A stretch of 64,000 nt of DNA from an uncultured Candidatus Saccharibacteria bacterium (GTDB taxonomy: Bacteria; Patescibacteriota; Saccharimonadia; Saccharimonadales; JAGQNJ01), in NCBI GenBank assembly GCA_964491925.1, contig CAZBGZ010000001.1:128701-192700 (forward strand), written 5' to 3'. Both the position numbers and the translations under genes were made by a program. The notes under the pieces are model-generated. The model ran no database searches and was not told the DNA's origin. It saw only the letters and a program-made list of their open reading frames with translations. Positions within the stretch are counted from its first letter, which is position 1. The number at the start of each line of letters is the position of its first letter. Of this stretch, positions 1 to 8,400 are shown in pieces.

Positions 1-443
1 TCTTGACGTGGGTTGTCTGGGAAGTCTTTATTATCAAAAAGTACGATATTTGTCGGCTTTATGCGGTAGAATTTATGTTTGTTTTTGCCGTCACGGATCT
101 CTTGGATTAGCTCTTGCCTATGCCCAAGTTTTTTAACAACTCCTCGCCAATCTTTGTCAGAAATATTGCTATCGAGAAATTCTGCCACCCCCTCAACCGA
201 AATGCCAATAACATAATTTTCTTCAGGTGTGTTTTCATGGACAACTATTGCCGCGGCTACTTTATCGTTATCTTTTACTTCCCGTGAATGACGCCTATTT
301 TCAGAACTAAGCCAGTACAGGTTACAATCCTCATCAGAGTAAAAATGAACTGTGCATGCCCAGGGCTGATCATTTTTTGATGTGGCCAACTGCATAATAT
401 TTACTGTTGGCAAATATTTTTTTACTAAATCTTTGACTTCCAT
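1..443 (-). CDS. Pyridoxamine 5'-phosphate oxidase-like (general stress protein 26-like) FMN-binding protein; C-terminus runs off the window start
   Basis: Hand translation from minus-strand ATG (plus 'cat' 441-443): MEVKDLVKKYLPTVNIMQLATSKNDQPWACTVHFYSDEDCNLYWLSSENRRHSREVKDNDKVAAAIVVHE... This resembles the split-barrel PNPOx-like N-terminal pattern. It is absent from the ORF track because there is no stop inside the window. Its start abuts the stop of the Nudix gene. Confidence 0.55.
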   Translation of the reverse strand, partial: MEVKDLVKKYLPTVNIMQLATSKNDQPWACTVHFYSDEDCNLYWLSSENRRHSREVKDNDKVAAAIVVHENTPEENYVIGISVEGVAEFLDSNISDKDWRGVVKKLGHRQELIQEIRDGKNKHKFYRIKPTNIVLFDNKDFPDNPRQ

Positions 444-893
444 TTATTCCTCCCAGCCGTATTCACTATACATTCTACCTGCTTTTATTTCTTCCAGATA
501 ATGCCGAACTGCCGGGACAACATTTTCTGGTAGATTATCTATATCCAGCCATTTCAATTCTTCGCTTTTTTCGGGTTCGGCGTTGTGCGGTTCTCCCTGC
601 CAATTATCAGTTTCGAAAAGCAAATCAATCCACCACAAAGAGTTATCAGCAGATTTACGATGACACACATGAACGAATCTCAAATTTTCTATGTTTGTAT
701 TGACGCCTGCCTCTTCCTTTAGCTCCCTTTTTGCTGCGACTAAACCAGGCTCGTTCAGCTCGACTTTCCCTGACGGCAAACCATAACGACCGTCCATCCA
801 CCCTGTATTTTTACGGAGTACAAACGCAACTTTATTGCCCCTTTTCAATATCACAAACGAAGCAAGATACGGCCGTTGCGTATCGTAAATCAT
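444..893 (-). CDS. NUDIX hydrolase
   Basis: 149 aa with the Nudix box GKVELNEPGLVAAKRELKEEAGV. It overlaps the upstream gene by 4 nt. Confidence 0.85.
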   Translation of the reverse strand: MIYDTQRPYLASFVILKRGNKVAFVLRKNTGWMDGRYGLPSGKVELNEPGLVAAKRELKEEAGVNTNIENLRFVHVCHRKSADNSLWWIDLLFETDNWQGEPHNAEPEKSEELKWLDIDNLPENVVPAVRHYLEEIKAGRMYSEYGWEE

Positions 894-1234
894 CTGTTAT
901 CGCCTTTGCCGGCTAATTTGCCCCTGTTTTTTCGGCTACTCAGCTTTTCTATATTTAGTTCAGCAACTTTTTCTAGCCCAACTCCAAAATTGTCGGCCAG
1001 CAGTGCAATGTACCATAGAACATCACCAAGCTCTTTTATAAGCTCCCGTTTATCTTCTTCGCTGAGTTCGGCATTTTTATCCCGCAGGATTTTTTTAACC
1101 TTGTCGGCAAACTCGCCAGACTCACCAACCAGCCCCAGCACCTTGTCCATAAAACTAATGGTCAAAACGCCTTCGAACTTTCCTGGGGTTAGATTAGTAG
1201 TTTTAGCACTTTGCTGGTATTCATCAAAAGTCAT
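890..1234 (-). CDS. MazG-like nucleoside triphosphate pyrophosphohydrolase
   Basis: 114 aa, all-alpha, with the MazG-type EExGE-like motif (GLVGESGEFADKV...ELGDVLWY). Confidence 0.75.
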   Translation of the reverse strand: MTFDEYQQSAKTTNLTPGKFEGVLTISFMDKVLGLVGESGEFADKVKKILRDKNAELSEEDKRELIKELGDVLWYIALLADNFGVGLEKVAELNIEKLSSRKNRGKLAGKGDNR

Positions 1235-1827
1235 TTTATAATCATCCCGTTTTGGTCTATTTTAACACTACCTTCTCTTAAAACTTCGATTTCGTCATCA
1301 ACCACTCGAATAATTGTTGAGGGTGGGCGGCCAATCAAATCTCCGCCATTAACATAAAAATCTATCTCAGAGCCAAAAATGTCTACTGCTTCCTGGATAG
1401 TATTTGCAGGTTTCTTATTAGGCCTGTTCGCGCTGGTTGTTATTAGTGGGCCTGTTTTTATCAGTAAGTTTAGCAGCTCAGACGTGTTGGGTATTCTTAC
1501 GGGCAAAGACATAGCGCCACCGTGCAAGTATGTTAGTTCATCGTCAACCATCGGCACGACCACACTAACTGGACCAGGCCAAAATTGGTCTACTGCTGTC
1601 AAAAATCGCCTAGGGATACCTAATTCGACTATCTGGTCAATGTCTGCTGCAATCAGAGTACCAGGCTTGTATTTGCGGCCTTTTACTTCTAACACTTTCG
1701 TTGCTGCAATTTTATTACTTGCTTGGGCTACGATTCCATAAACAGTATCCGTTGGTATAATCCCTACTTTGCCGGCCAGCAACAGGTCTGCAATTTCCTT
1801 ATCCTTGATTGACTGGTATCGTTTCAT
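1231..1827 (-). CDS. tsaC: L-threonylcarbamoyladenylate synthase (YrdC/TsaC family)
   Basis: 198 aa with YrdC hallmarks PTDTVYGI, SxN, and the C-terminal PSTIIRV motif. Confidence 0.85.
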   Translation of the reverse strand: MKRYQSIKDKEIADLLLAGKVGIIPTDTVYGIVAQASNKIAATKVLEVKGRKYKPGTLIAADIDQIVELGIPRRFLTAVDQFWPGPVSVVVPMVDDELTYLHGGAMSLPVRIPNTSELLNLLIKTGPLITTSANRPNKKPANTIQEAVDIFGSEIDFYVNGGDLIGRPPSTIIRVVDDEIEVLREGSVKIDQNGMIIK

Positions 1828-2374
1828 TGTCTTCGGCGTCTTCCGATATTTCCTTGATATCTTTCAGCTGCTTTAGTTGGTCTTTGCACCAATAGGAATA
1901 CACATTTTCTTTATCAGTTTCGAGTTCTTTTTTGTAATTGCTCCATTTCATCCATTTCAAGTCTTCAACTTCTTCTGGGTTTGGAATAGGGATACTCGTA
2001 GCAAAAGCGATGTATACTGGGCAAATTTCGTTTTCAATAATTCCGTTGAATGGTGGAGTTTTGTATCTATAATCTGGCAATACTACTTTAAAATCTTTGG
2101 CGGTCATACCCAGCTCATAGTCCAACCGTCGTTTTATTGCATCAACTGTTTCCTCGCCAGGAGATATGTGCCCACAAAGGCTGTTGGTCCATACCCCCGG
2201 CCAAACTTTCTTTTTGTGCGCACGCTGCGTGACCAATAACTCGCCCTTATCATTAAAAACATAGCAAGAAAACGCCAAATGCAGTGGTGTATTAGCATGA
2301 TGCGATGAAAACTTCTCCGCCGTACCAATCGGTGCGCCCTTATCGTCCACTAATATTATTTGTTCTTCAGTCAT
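1799..2374 (-). CDS. idi: Isopentenyl-diphosphate delta-isomerase, type 1
   Basis: 191 aa. HLAFSCYVFNDKGELLVTQRAHKKKVWPGVWTNSLCGH and the ENE motif are typical of IDI-1 (Nudix superfamily). Confidence 0.85.
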   Translation of the reverse strand: MTEEQIILVDDKGAPIGTAEKFSSHHANTPLHLAFSCYVFNDKGELLVTQRAHKKKVWPGVWTNSLCGHISPGEETVDAIKRRLDYELGMTAKDFKVVLPDYRYKTPPFNGIIENEICPVYIAFATSIPIPNPEEVEDLKWMKWSNYKKELETDKENVYSYWCKDQLKQLKDIKEISEDAEDNETIPVNQG

Positions 2375-2434
2375 GCCTAATTAGATTAGCATAAATTTGT
2401 ATTGCCTATCATCCTGGTAAATTGGCTTGTTTAA

Positions 2435-2443
2435 TGTTATAAA
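2435..2443 (+). promoter_or_regulatory. Extended -10 promoter element (TGtTATAAA) for a leaderless transcript of the 2450 gene
   Basis: TG at 2435-2436 and TATAAA at 2438-2443. The hexamer ends 7 nt before the A of the ATG at 2450, and there is no Shine-Dalgarno sequence. Confidence 0.5.
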
Positions 2444-2449
2444 CATATC

Positions 2450-3223
2450 ATGTCAGCGGAACAAGATATAGGTGGACTCGAAGTATTGGGTGATCAACTT
2501 GAATGGTATGCTAATAACTCGCATTTCCCTACAGTTAGCCCTAGTGCAATGAAAGATATAGAGGCAATGGGATTCGGTAAGCTGGGTTATGCATTTGGAA
2601 TAGAAGATCCGTTTGGTAGGGTTTTTACGTATCCCCACAGGGCCAAGCCTACAAACGGAGTTGAAGACGGCCAATGGGGGGTGCCTAGCGAAACAGTCAA
2701 GGGCAAGTTCAAAGACGGAGAACTTATTCAGGTTGAAACGTACGAACAGTGTTTACTACGATGTTTGCTCGAAGAACAAGCAATTGACCTAAGACTGGCA
2801 CCACAAGAAGCAAGCTTAACAATCACACGCGAGATACCCATAACACTAATCGACTGGAAAATGAGCCATGATGGTCGTAATGATATGTTGAGCAATACTT
2901 TTGGCATTGCTGTAACGTTGTCGGCTAATCTTGCTATGGCGCAATTTATAGCCGTAAATGCACATGAAACAAAAGAAGCAGCCGAAAAAGGCCTCTTCCA
3001 AAGTCAAGCATTCTTACGTGGGTTACCACAAGACGAGACACGACCAGCATTTGATGCTTGGCTGCATCAGCACCAACGCTATGCAGTAGAAATAGCCCAA
3101 GAAGAAACCGTTCCGATAGTAATTCCTCAAGATATTGTAGCTGGCCCCGATTGGCACAGCTTAAGATTCGCAAAAATAAGACAAATGGGTGGAGTTATTG
3201 CAAAAGAAGGTATAATTTCGTGA
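2450..3223 (+). CDS. Hypothetical acidic cytoplasmic protein (orphan)
   Basis: 257-aa ORF with no motif I recognise. Its stop overlaps the GTG start of the downstream HAD gene (GTGA). Confidence 0.6.
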   Translation: MSAEQDIGGLEVLGDQLEWYANNSHFPTVSPSAMKDIEAMGFGKLGYAFGIEDPFGRVFTYPHRAKPTNGVEDGQWGVPSETVKGKFKDGELIQVETYEQCLLRCLLEEQAIDLRLAPQEASLTITREIPITLIDWKMSHDGRNDMLSNTFGIAVTLSANLAMAQFIAVNAHETKEAAEKGLFQSQAFLRGLPQDETRPAFDAWLHQHQRYAVEIAQEETVPIVIPQDIVAGPDWHSLRFAKIRQMGGVIAKEGIIS

Positions 3224-3921
3224 GCAAGAATGCCTTAGTTTTTAGTGACATTGACCGAACGATTACACCAGAGTTTACGCTTTTCCCTGTTTATGATGCA
3301 TTGGCGGCTGACGGGTTTATCGAAAATGATGCTAACGAAAAAGTCCAAGATACTTATCGCGCATACGAAGCGGGAGAAATTGATTATTCAACATTCATGA
3401 CCGATACATTAGACATGGCAGCAGAAGCCATTAAGGGTCGCGGATCGTTCCAGGCTAAACAACTGGTTAGTGAGTATGTTTCTGGCACACTTGGATTTTA
3501 TCTTTGGGTTCCAAAAACATTTGATGATGCAAGAGGCAAATTCGGAGAGATAATATTGGTAACTGGTGAGCCAGATTTTATAGCTGAACCTATTGCTGGG
3601 CGTTTTGGTGCTAGTTATTTTTCTACTCTATTGGGGATAGACACTGACGGGACCTATACTGGCGACGTAGTGGTAGCGCTGAGTTCGGCACAAAAAGCAT
3701 CTAGGGTAAGACGAAGGATTGAACAAGCAAAGCACGAACGCATCGTGTATGCCTTTGGCGATTCGGTTGGTGATATTGGGATGCTGGACCTTGCTTCGAC
3801 ACCGAGTAACGCGTTTTGCATAAGGCCCGATGACGAACTGAGAGCTCATGCGCAGGCAAATACCATGACAATAGTTGACGACCCAAATGTCGCGCGTTCG
3901 CTACTTATTATTAGTGATTAG
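3220..3921 (+). CDS. HAD-superfamily hydrolase (HAD-IB / SerB-like)
   Basis: HAD motif I FSDIDRTI (DxDxT) and motif IV GDSVGDIGML. I placed the start at the in-frame GTG at 3220, which overlaps the upstream TGA. The ORF-track extension back to 3058 lies inside the upstream gene. Confidence 0.7.
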   Translation: MSKNALVFSDIDRTITPEFTLFPVYDALAADGFIENDANEKVQDTYRAYEAGEIDYSTFMTDTLDMAAEAIKGRGSFQAKQLVSEYVSGTLGFYLWVPKTFDDARGKFGEIILVTGEPDFIAEPIAGRFGASYFSTLLGIDTDGTYTGDVVVALSSAQKASRVRRRIEQAKHERIVYAFGDSVGDIGMLDLASTPSNAFCIRPDDELRAHAQANTMTIVDDPNVARSLLIISD

Positions 3922-3926
3922 AGCCA

Positions 3927-4367
3927 CTAAAGACCTAGGGTTTGGTCGGTTACATCACTGGGAGTCATATCCTGCGAATCGTTCAAGGTGTTTAGGGTAT
4001 TATCTATTGATTTTGTCGTATCGTCTATTTGTTGGGTTGAAACACGTTCGTTTTCGCTTGTTGTAGTAACGGGCTTTGCAGCAGGCGTACTGTCATTTTT
4101 CATCATAATAAACCAGACCACCGCACCCCCAATAATTAGCATCACTACAAAAGTAATTATTACTGCAACCACAACCCCACTCATTTTTTTCTTTGCTGGT
4201 TTTGGGGCATCTGGGGCTGGTTGCTGAACGGTCGAGCTATGTTGAACTATATTATCAGCTGGTGCCATTGGGTCATTAATAGGTGATGACATTTGAGTTG
4301 GCATAGGATTAGCAACTGGTGGTTGCACATCCATTAAAGGACCGTTATTTCTATCTTCTGGGTTCAT
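3927..4367 (-). CDS. Single-pass membrane protein with Pro-rich N-terminus
   Basis: 146 aa with one TM segment (VVVAVIITFVVMLIIGGAVVWFIMM). It overlaps the upstream gene by 4 nt. Confidence 0.5.
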   Translation of the reverse strand: MNPEDRNNGPLMDVQPPVANPMPTQMSSPINDPMAPADNIVQHSSTVQQPAPDAPKPAKKKMSGVVVAVIITFVVMLIIGGAVVWFIMMKNDSTPAAKPVTTTSENERVSTQQIDDTTKSIDNTLNTLNDSQDMTPSDVTDQTLGL

Positions 4368-5014
4368 TGGCTTAGGTCCCCTCCGGTAGTATTGCCGCTC
4401 TCAATTTGCTGACGAACTTGCACCAGTGATGGCTTGATAGTATTGGTAATATATTCGCGAATGTCAGTTATCATCGGCAATATTTTTTCATGTGACTTCC
4501 TTGCGGCTTGCAACGCACCAATAAATGCAAGCGGATCTTTCTTGCAGTCCATAGTCGATAGATCATCTAGGGATTGGGTATACCCTGCCATGCTGGTCTT
4601 AAAATCAGTTGTTTTACCTTCTAGCACTGTGATGTTGTCTTTTAGGCTAGTTGTCTCATAAGCCTGGTTGTCTAGCCTTTTTAATAAGGTATTCAATTGC
4701 TTCGTGATATTTGAATAAGCAGCATTACGCTTTTTCTCAACAATTTTCATTCTAGTTGTTAGGGTTTTTGTATTTTCCTGGGCCACGCTACAATGCAGCG
4801 CTATTTTTGTCTGGGCATTATTGGCAATCTTTGTCTTGATGCCTGCCTTATATGTTTTTATCCGTTCACTTAGTGTAGATTTTTCCGTTGTCTCAGCCTG
4901 AGTAGTCGCCGCAAAACCGGTGTCGAAACTAATATATGGGATAATTACACTTACCAGCAAAAATAAACCTGTGGCAATTGCACTCTTGACTCTTACCGTT
5001 CTTGAATTAATCAT
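4364..5014 (-). CDS. N-terminally anchored/secreted helical protein, unknown function
   Basis: 216 aa with an N-terminal hydrophobic segment. The remainder is coiled-coil-like. Confidence 0.5.
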   Translation of the reverse strand: MINSRTVRVKSAIATGLFLLVSVIIPYISFDTGFAATTQAETTEKSTLSERIKTYKAGIKTKIANNAQTKIALHCSVAQENTKTLTTRMKIVEKKRNAAYSNITKQLNTLLKRLDNQAYETTSLKDNITVLEGKTTDFKTSMAGYTQSLDDLSTMDCKKDPLAFIGALQAARKSHEKILPMITDIREYITNTIKPSLVQVRQQIESGNTTGGDLSQ

Positions 5015-5068
5015 AAGCTTTTATGTATTGTACCGATTTTATTAATCCAAACCAATCCCCGCATTAGA

Positions 5069-7048
5069 CTAATAATAGTACCACCGATCGAGCCCAGCGG
5101 TATTGGTAACATCTACTATTTTCTTTGACTCCCCGCCCTTTGTGCTAACAACATAGTCGGCAGTCTCGCTGTCTGTGTGGATTCTATACACCGCTGTTGT
5201 CTCGTTTAGCCACCTGACGGGGTATGATAATCCGCTCTGCGTGGCTAGGACAACATCATCATTTTTTGCAATATTATAATTAATCAGCACACCTTTACCG
5301 TCACGGGTATCAACCCACAAACTATATTTGCCGTCAGGGCCAAGGGCATAGACCCTTGGTTTTTGGTCAGCCGGTGCACCACTAATTTTTTCAGGCTTCA
5401 AACCACCCAGTGTGTATTGATACCAATCTTTGCCAGCCGACATCGTCAGTGTGCTGTAATCTGTACGGGTGATACTCCAGATTTCTTTATTTAGTAGTTG
5501 GACATTATTCGTGCCATCACTGTTAGCTACAAATAACCCGACTTTAGTTGCATCAGTTTTGTTAGCACTTCCGTTGCCGTCTGTGGTTACCGTAACTTCT
5601 GCCGCTGGAGAATAATAGATTTTGTCTGCCGCAATTGTTGCAGAGTTAAAGTAGTCTGCCGAGGCAATATCTATTGATTGGCCAGTTGCCGTGTTGTAGC
5701 TGACTATTTTTTGCTTCTTTGCGCTCTTGGCTGCACCTTGTTGGTCTACTAGAACATATATCAGATTGTCTCCCATCCAGCCGACTACTTGAACGCTACT
5801 AGCGCTATCGAGTGCAACTGTTTTGTCAGTAGCCACATCTATTAAAGTCAGCGTACTAAGCAGATTCCCGTCAGTGTTGCGCTGGTTATCGCGGGTGGAT
5901 ACTAGCGCTGTTTGGTTGCCATTTGGTTGTGACACCAGAACCATGTCGTCGCGCTCGGACCCGCTACCAGACAATATTAGTTTTTCATTTTTGCCATCTG
6001 CATCTATTTTGTATACATCGTATTTGCCCGAACGTTTGGATATAAATACCTGTTTTTTATCTGGTACCATTTTTATTGTTCGTGGTTTAGAATCTTTGTT
6101 GTCAGTTAATGTTTCCGTGCGATAACCACTAGCCTTGATATCGATTTTTACCTTATCTTCACTTGTAGCATCCAGTGTTAGCAGGACTTTCCCATCTTTG
6201 TCAGAGAATGCGCTGGCATCGCCACTTGTAGCTTCTGCTTTTTCTATTGCCTTTCCAGACAAAAAGTCCTGAACAACAAACTCGTATTGCAGGCCTGTCG
6301 GTTTCAACATAACATCACCCATCGGGTTACTGCCCCACCCAACTGTCACTGGTCGTGACAGGGGCGCAAATGCTCGACGTGTTACTACTAGGTTTGTATC
6401 TCCTAGCATTACTTGGCTGAGGGTCACTTTGCCGTCATCGTTGGTTGTCCCAGTAGCATTATTTAACTGTACAGAGACATTTTTTAGTGGCAAACGGGTA
6501 CTTTCATCTATAACAGTTACGGACGCTTGGCTGCGAACACCGGCTTTATTCAGTAGGTAGTATCTGGTCGATGGGAAAACCGCAACTGCAGCTGCTGCGC
6601 CCAAGATTATTAGTATTGTTGCCCATCTCGCGAACTTGTTGTGCCACCAGGCTCGGAAAAACCTGCGTATCTTACCGCCTTGCGGTTTTTTTATTTCAAA
6701 CGCTTCTTTTATAGCTTCGTCCTCTGCTGCTAGCGACTCGTCACTTTCTTTTACCGCGATGTCGTCAACGGCTTCAGAAATTTCTGGGGCATCTAGTGGT
6801 TCGTCAGACGATTTTTCTCCGGTTTTCTTTTCTGGTTGCGGTTCTACCACAGGGGCCTGGTCAGATACCATTGGTGCACTTGTTGGCCCAGAATCGCCTG
6901 ATGCTCTGTCTTTGTAACTTTTGGGCTCATCCTCTATCGTGTTGGCATTCTCTGGGGCTGGACCCATAAAGTTTTCGACGCGCTTGTCGATTTTTTTATC
7001 TACTTCTTGTAGCTTTTGCTTTTTTTGATCGTCTTCGTCATTTTTCAT
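5069..7048 (-). CDS. Large membrane-anchored surface protein (acidic disordered N-terminus, one TM, Ig/CarboxypepD_reg-like segments plus beta-propeller-like C-terminal part)
   Basis: 659 aa with TM segment WATILIILGAAAAVAVF. It has repeated 'DGKV(T/L)L' beta-sandwich-like segments and TolB-like 'DGK' blades (PDGKYSLWVDTRDGKG). Confidence 0.6.
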   Translation of the reverse strand: MKNDEDDQKKQKLQEVDKKIDKRVENFMGPAPENANTIEDEPKSYKDRASGDSGPTSAPMVSDQAPVVEPQPEKKTGEKSSDEPLDAPEISEAVDDIAVKESDESLAAEDEAIKEAFEIKKPQGGKIRRFFRAWWHNKFARWATILIILGAAAAVAVFPSTRYYLLNKAGVRSQASVTVIDESTRLPLKNVSVQLNNATGTTNDDGKVTLSQVMLGDTNLVVTRRAFAPLSRPVTVGWGSNPMGDVMLKPTGLQYEFVVQDFLSGKAIEKAEATSGDASAFSDKDGKVLLTLDATSEDKVKIDIKASGYRTETLTDNKDSKPRTIKMVPDKKQVFISKRSGKYDVYKIDADGKNEKLILSGSGSERDDMVLVSQPNGNQTALVSTRDNQRNTDGNLLSTLTLIDVATDKTVALDSASSVQVVGWMGDNLIYVLVDQQGAAKSAKKQKIVSYNTATGQSIDIASADYFNSATIAADKIYYSPAAEVTVTTDGNGSANKTDATKVGLFVANSDGTNNVQLLNKEIWSITRTDYSTLTMSAGKDWYQYTLGGLKPEKISGAPADQKPRVYALGPDGKYSLWVDTRDGKGVLINYNIAKNDDVVLATQSGLSYPVRWLNETTAVYRIHTDSETADYVVSTKGGESKKIVDVTNTAGLDRWYYY

Positions 7049-7117
7049 TAGTAATTTCCGCTTACCATAAGCATATCAGATAACTAAATACCTTGAAATA
7101 AAAAATTCATAATGTAC

Positions 7118-7146
7118 TTTACATTTTAACTAACTAGTTAGATAAT
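7118..7146 (+). promoter_or_regulatory. Sigma70-type promoter TTTACA-17-GATAAT, leaderless geometry
   Basis: The -35 is at 7118-7123 and the -10 at 7141-7146. The -10 end plus 7 gives 7153, which is the A of the ATG. No Shine-Dalgarno sequence is present. Confidence 0.55.
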
Positions 7147-7152
7147 AACCAA

Positions 7153-8010
7153 ATGAGTGACGGATTTAATACTCCAGAGCATGGTCCAGAAGTTTTTGAT
7201 AGGACTGCATATGCCCAGCAATTAGCTACGCTAGGGCAAGAGATATTCAGCGCATTGCCCTACGACATGCAAAGATTATCTGTGGACGATATAGAGCCCC
7301 AGACCACGGGGCTGACTAGTACATTTACCGTGTTACAAACGTTACCAAGCGGTGTTTGTATTATTCTTGGCAATACTGATTACCTAGATTTAGAAACAGA
7401 GCCAGACGACCCAGAGATTGATGTGCAAAAGATGCTATCAGTAAATCTAGTAAGAACAACTGACTACCCTGGCCGTGGCTCAATAACCCAAAGATCCCAA
7501 TTCCACGTTAATCTGACAGATGCCGACGAAGCCAAAGAATACCCCGACAGATGCATAGACCTAGAAATCGGTTTTCATAACATGCTTATAGACGAATCGG
7601 GGCAAATCATACGATCCAGGACAAAGATGGCAAAGCACGACATCGACGAAGCGGTAATGTTGCTAAAGATGACCAGTCTAAGCGCATGGGAAAAGCCTGT
7701 TTTAGATGGGGACGAACAGCCCTCTGATGATGCAGACGAGACAGCCGTACAAATTCGCTCAGCCTCCGAGGCCCGAGAATTAGACGACCCAGCAGCGGTT
7801 TATCCATACGAGGCAACACTGCTATCTGATGAGTCAATCAGGAATACACGCTTGCTATTAGCAGGCCTAGCTGGCACTATTGCCGTGGCATTTTCTAGTG
7901 GGACACCCGAACCAGTCCAGACTATTTTACAGGGGGGTGGGCTCATGGTATTAGTCCCATCAGCACTACATTATTATATGAAAAATTTCCGAGACACCCT
8001 CACAAAATGA
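7153..8010 (+). CDS. Hypothetical protein with acidic N-domain and two C-terminal TM helices (orphan)
   Basis: 285-aa ORF with C-terminal hydrophobic segments LLLAGLAGTIAVAF and GGGLMVLVPSAL. Confidence 0.55.
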   Translation: MSDGFNTPEHGPEVFDRTAYAQQLATLGQEIFSALPYDMQRLSVDDIEPQTTGLTSTFTVLQTLPSGVCIILGNTDYLDLETEPDDPEIDVQKMLSVNLVRTTDYPGRGSITQRSQFHVNLTDADEAKEYPDRCIDLEIGFHNMLIDESGQIIRSRTKMAKHDIDEAVMLLKMTSLSAWEKPVLDGDEQPSDDADETAVQIRSASEARELDDPAAVYPYEATLLSDESIRNTRLLLAGLAGTIAVAFSSGTPEPVQTILQGGGLMVLVPSALHYYMKNFRDTLTK

Positions 8011-8062
8011 TATAAAAAAGTACGCTTCAAAACTCACGTTGGGCTTTTTTTACGTGGAATAT

Positions 8063-8389
8063 CTAAAGCGAATCAACCAAACCTATTAGTGGCCCAAGGA
8101 ATGCGTAAAGGGCTATCAAACCGATGCCCAGAAATACAATTAGTGCTTGGGGTCTCTCTTTGGCTCTGACATGCTGCACAGTATAAATAATGAAAAAAAC
8201 TATATTTATTACCCCAAACAGTACAAACAAAGTTGCGGGTACAATGCCTTCTAGTCCATCTAGATCCGTGGGATTATTATCATGATTAGCAGAATAAATT
8301 ATGTACATTAATAAAACACACATTAGCAACTGCAGGATAGACAGGGCTACTATAGCCTTTTTTGTTATCTGTTTGTTTTGTTTATTCAT
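8063..8389 (-). CDS. Small 3-TM membrane protein
   Basis: 108 aa with three hydrophobic segments. It lies immediately downstream of the SGNH hydrolase gene on the same strand. Confidence 0.5.
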   Translation of the reverse strand: MNKQNKQITKKAIVALSILQLLMCVLLMYIIYSANHDNNPTDLDGLEGIVPATLFVLFGVINIVFFIIYTVQHVRAKERPQALIVFLGIGLIALYAFLGPLIGLVDSL

Positions 8390-8400
8390 AATTACTACCC

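Noticed and set aside
876-1241. Long antisense ORFs opposite well-supported genes (for example 876..1241+, 1379..1741+, 1877..2239+, 15528..15926+, 26423..26830+, 40659..41024-, 42339..42680-, 61282..61704+)
   Set aside because: Each lies fully inside a gene with clear family motifs on the other strand. Their translations are low-complexity (S/L/F/P-rich) with no motifs, which is typical of shadow ORFs.
3058-3219. N-terminal extensions offered by the ORF track (3058 for HAD, 35831 for rfbC, 37257 for rfbA, 57203 for the putative GT, 63129 for wzm, 26871..27392 for the LexA-like gene, 54246 for GT-C A2)
   Set aside because: The extensions overlap the preceding gene or encode implausible basic/low-complexity leaders. 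Family N-termini (for example [14 protein letters not shown]) begin at the internal start codons I chose.
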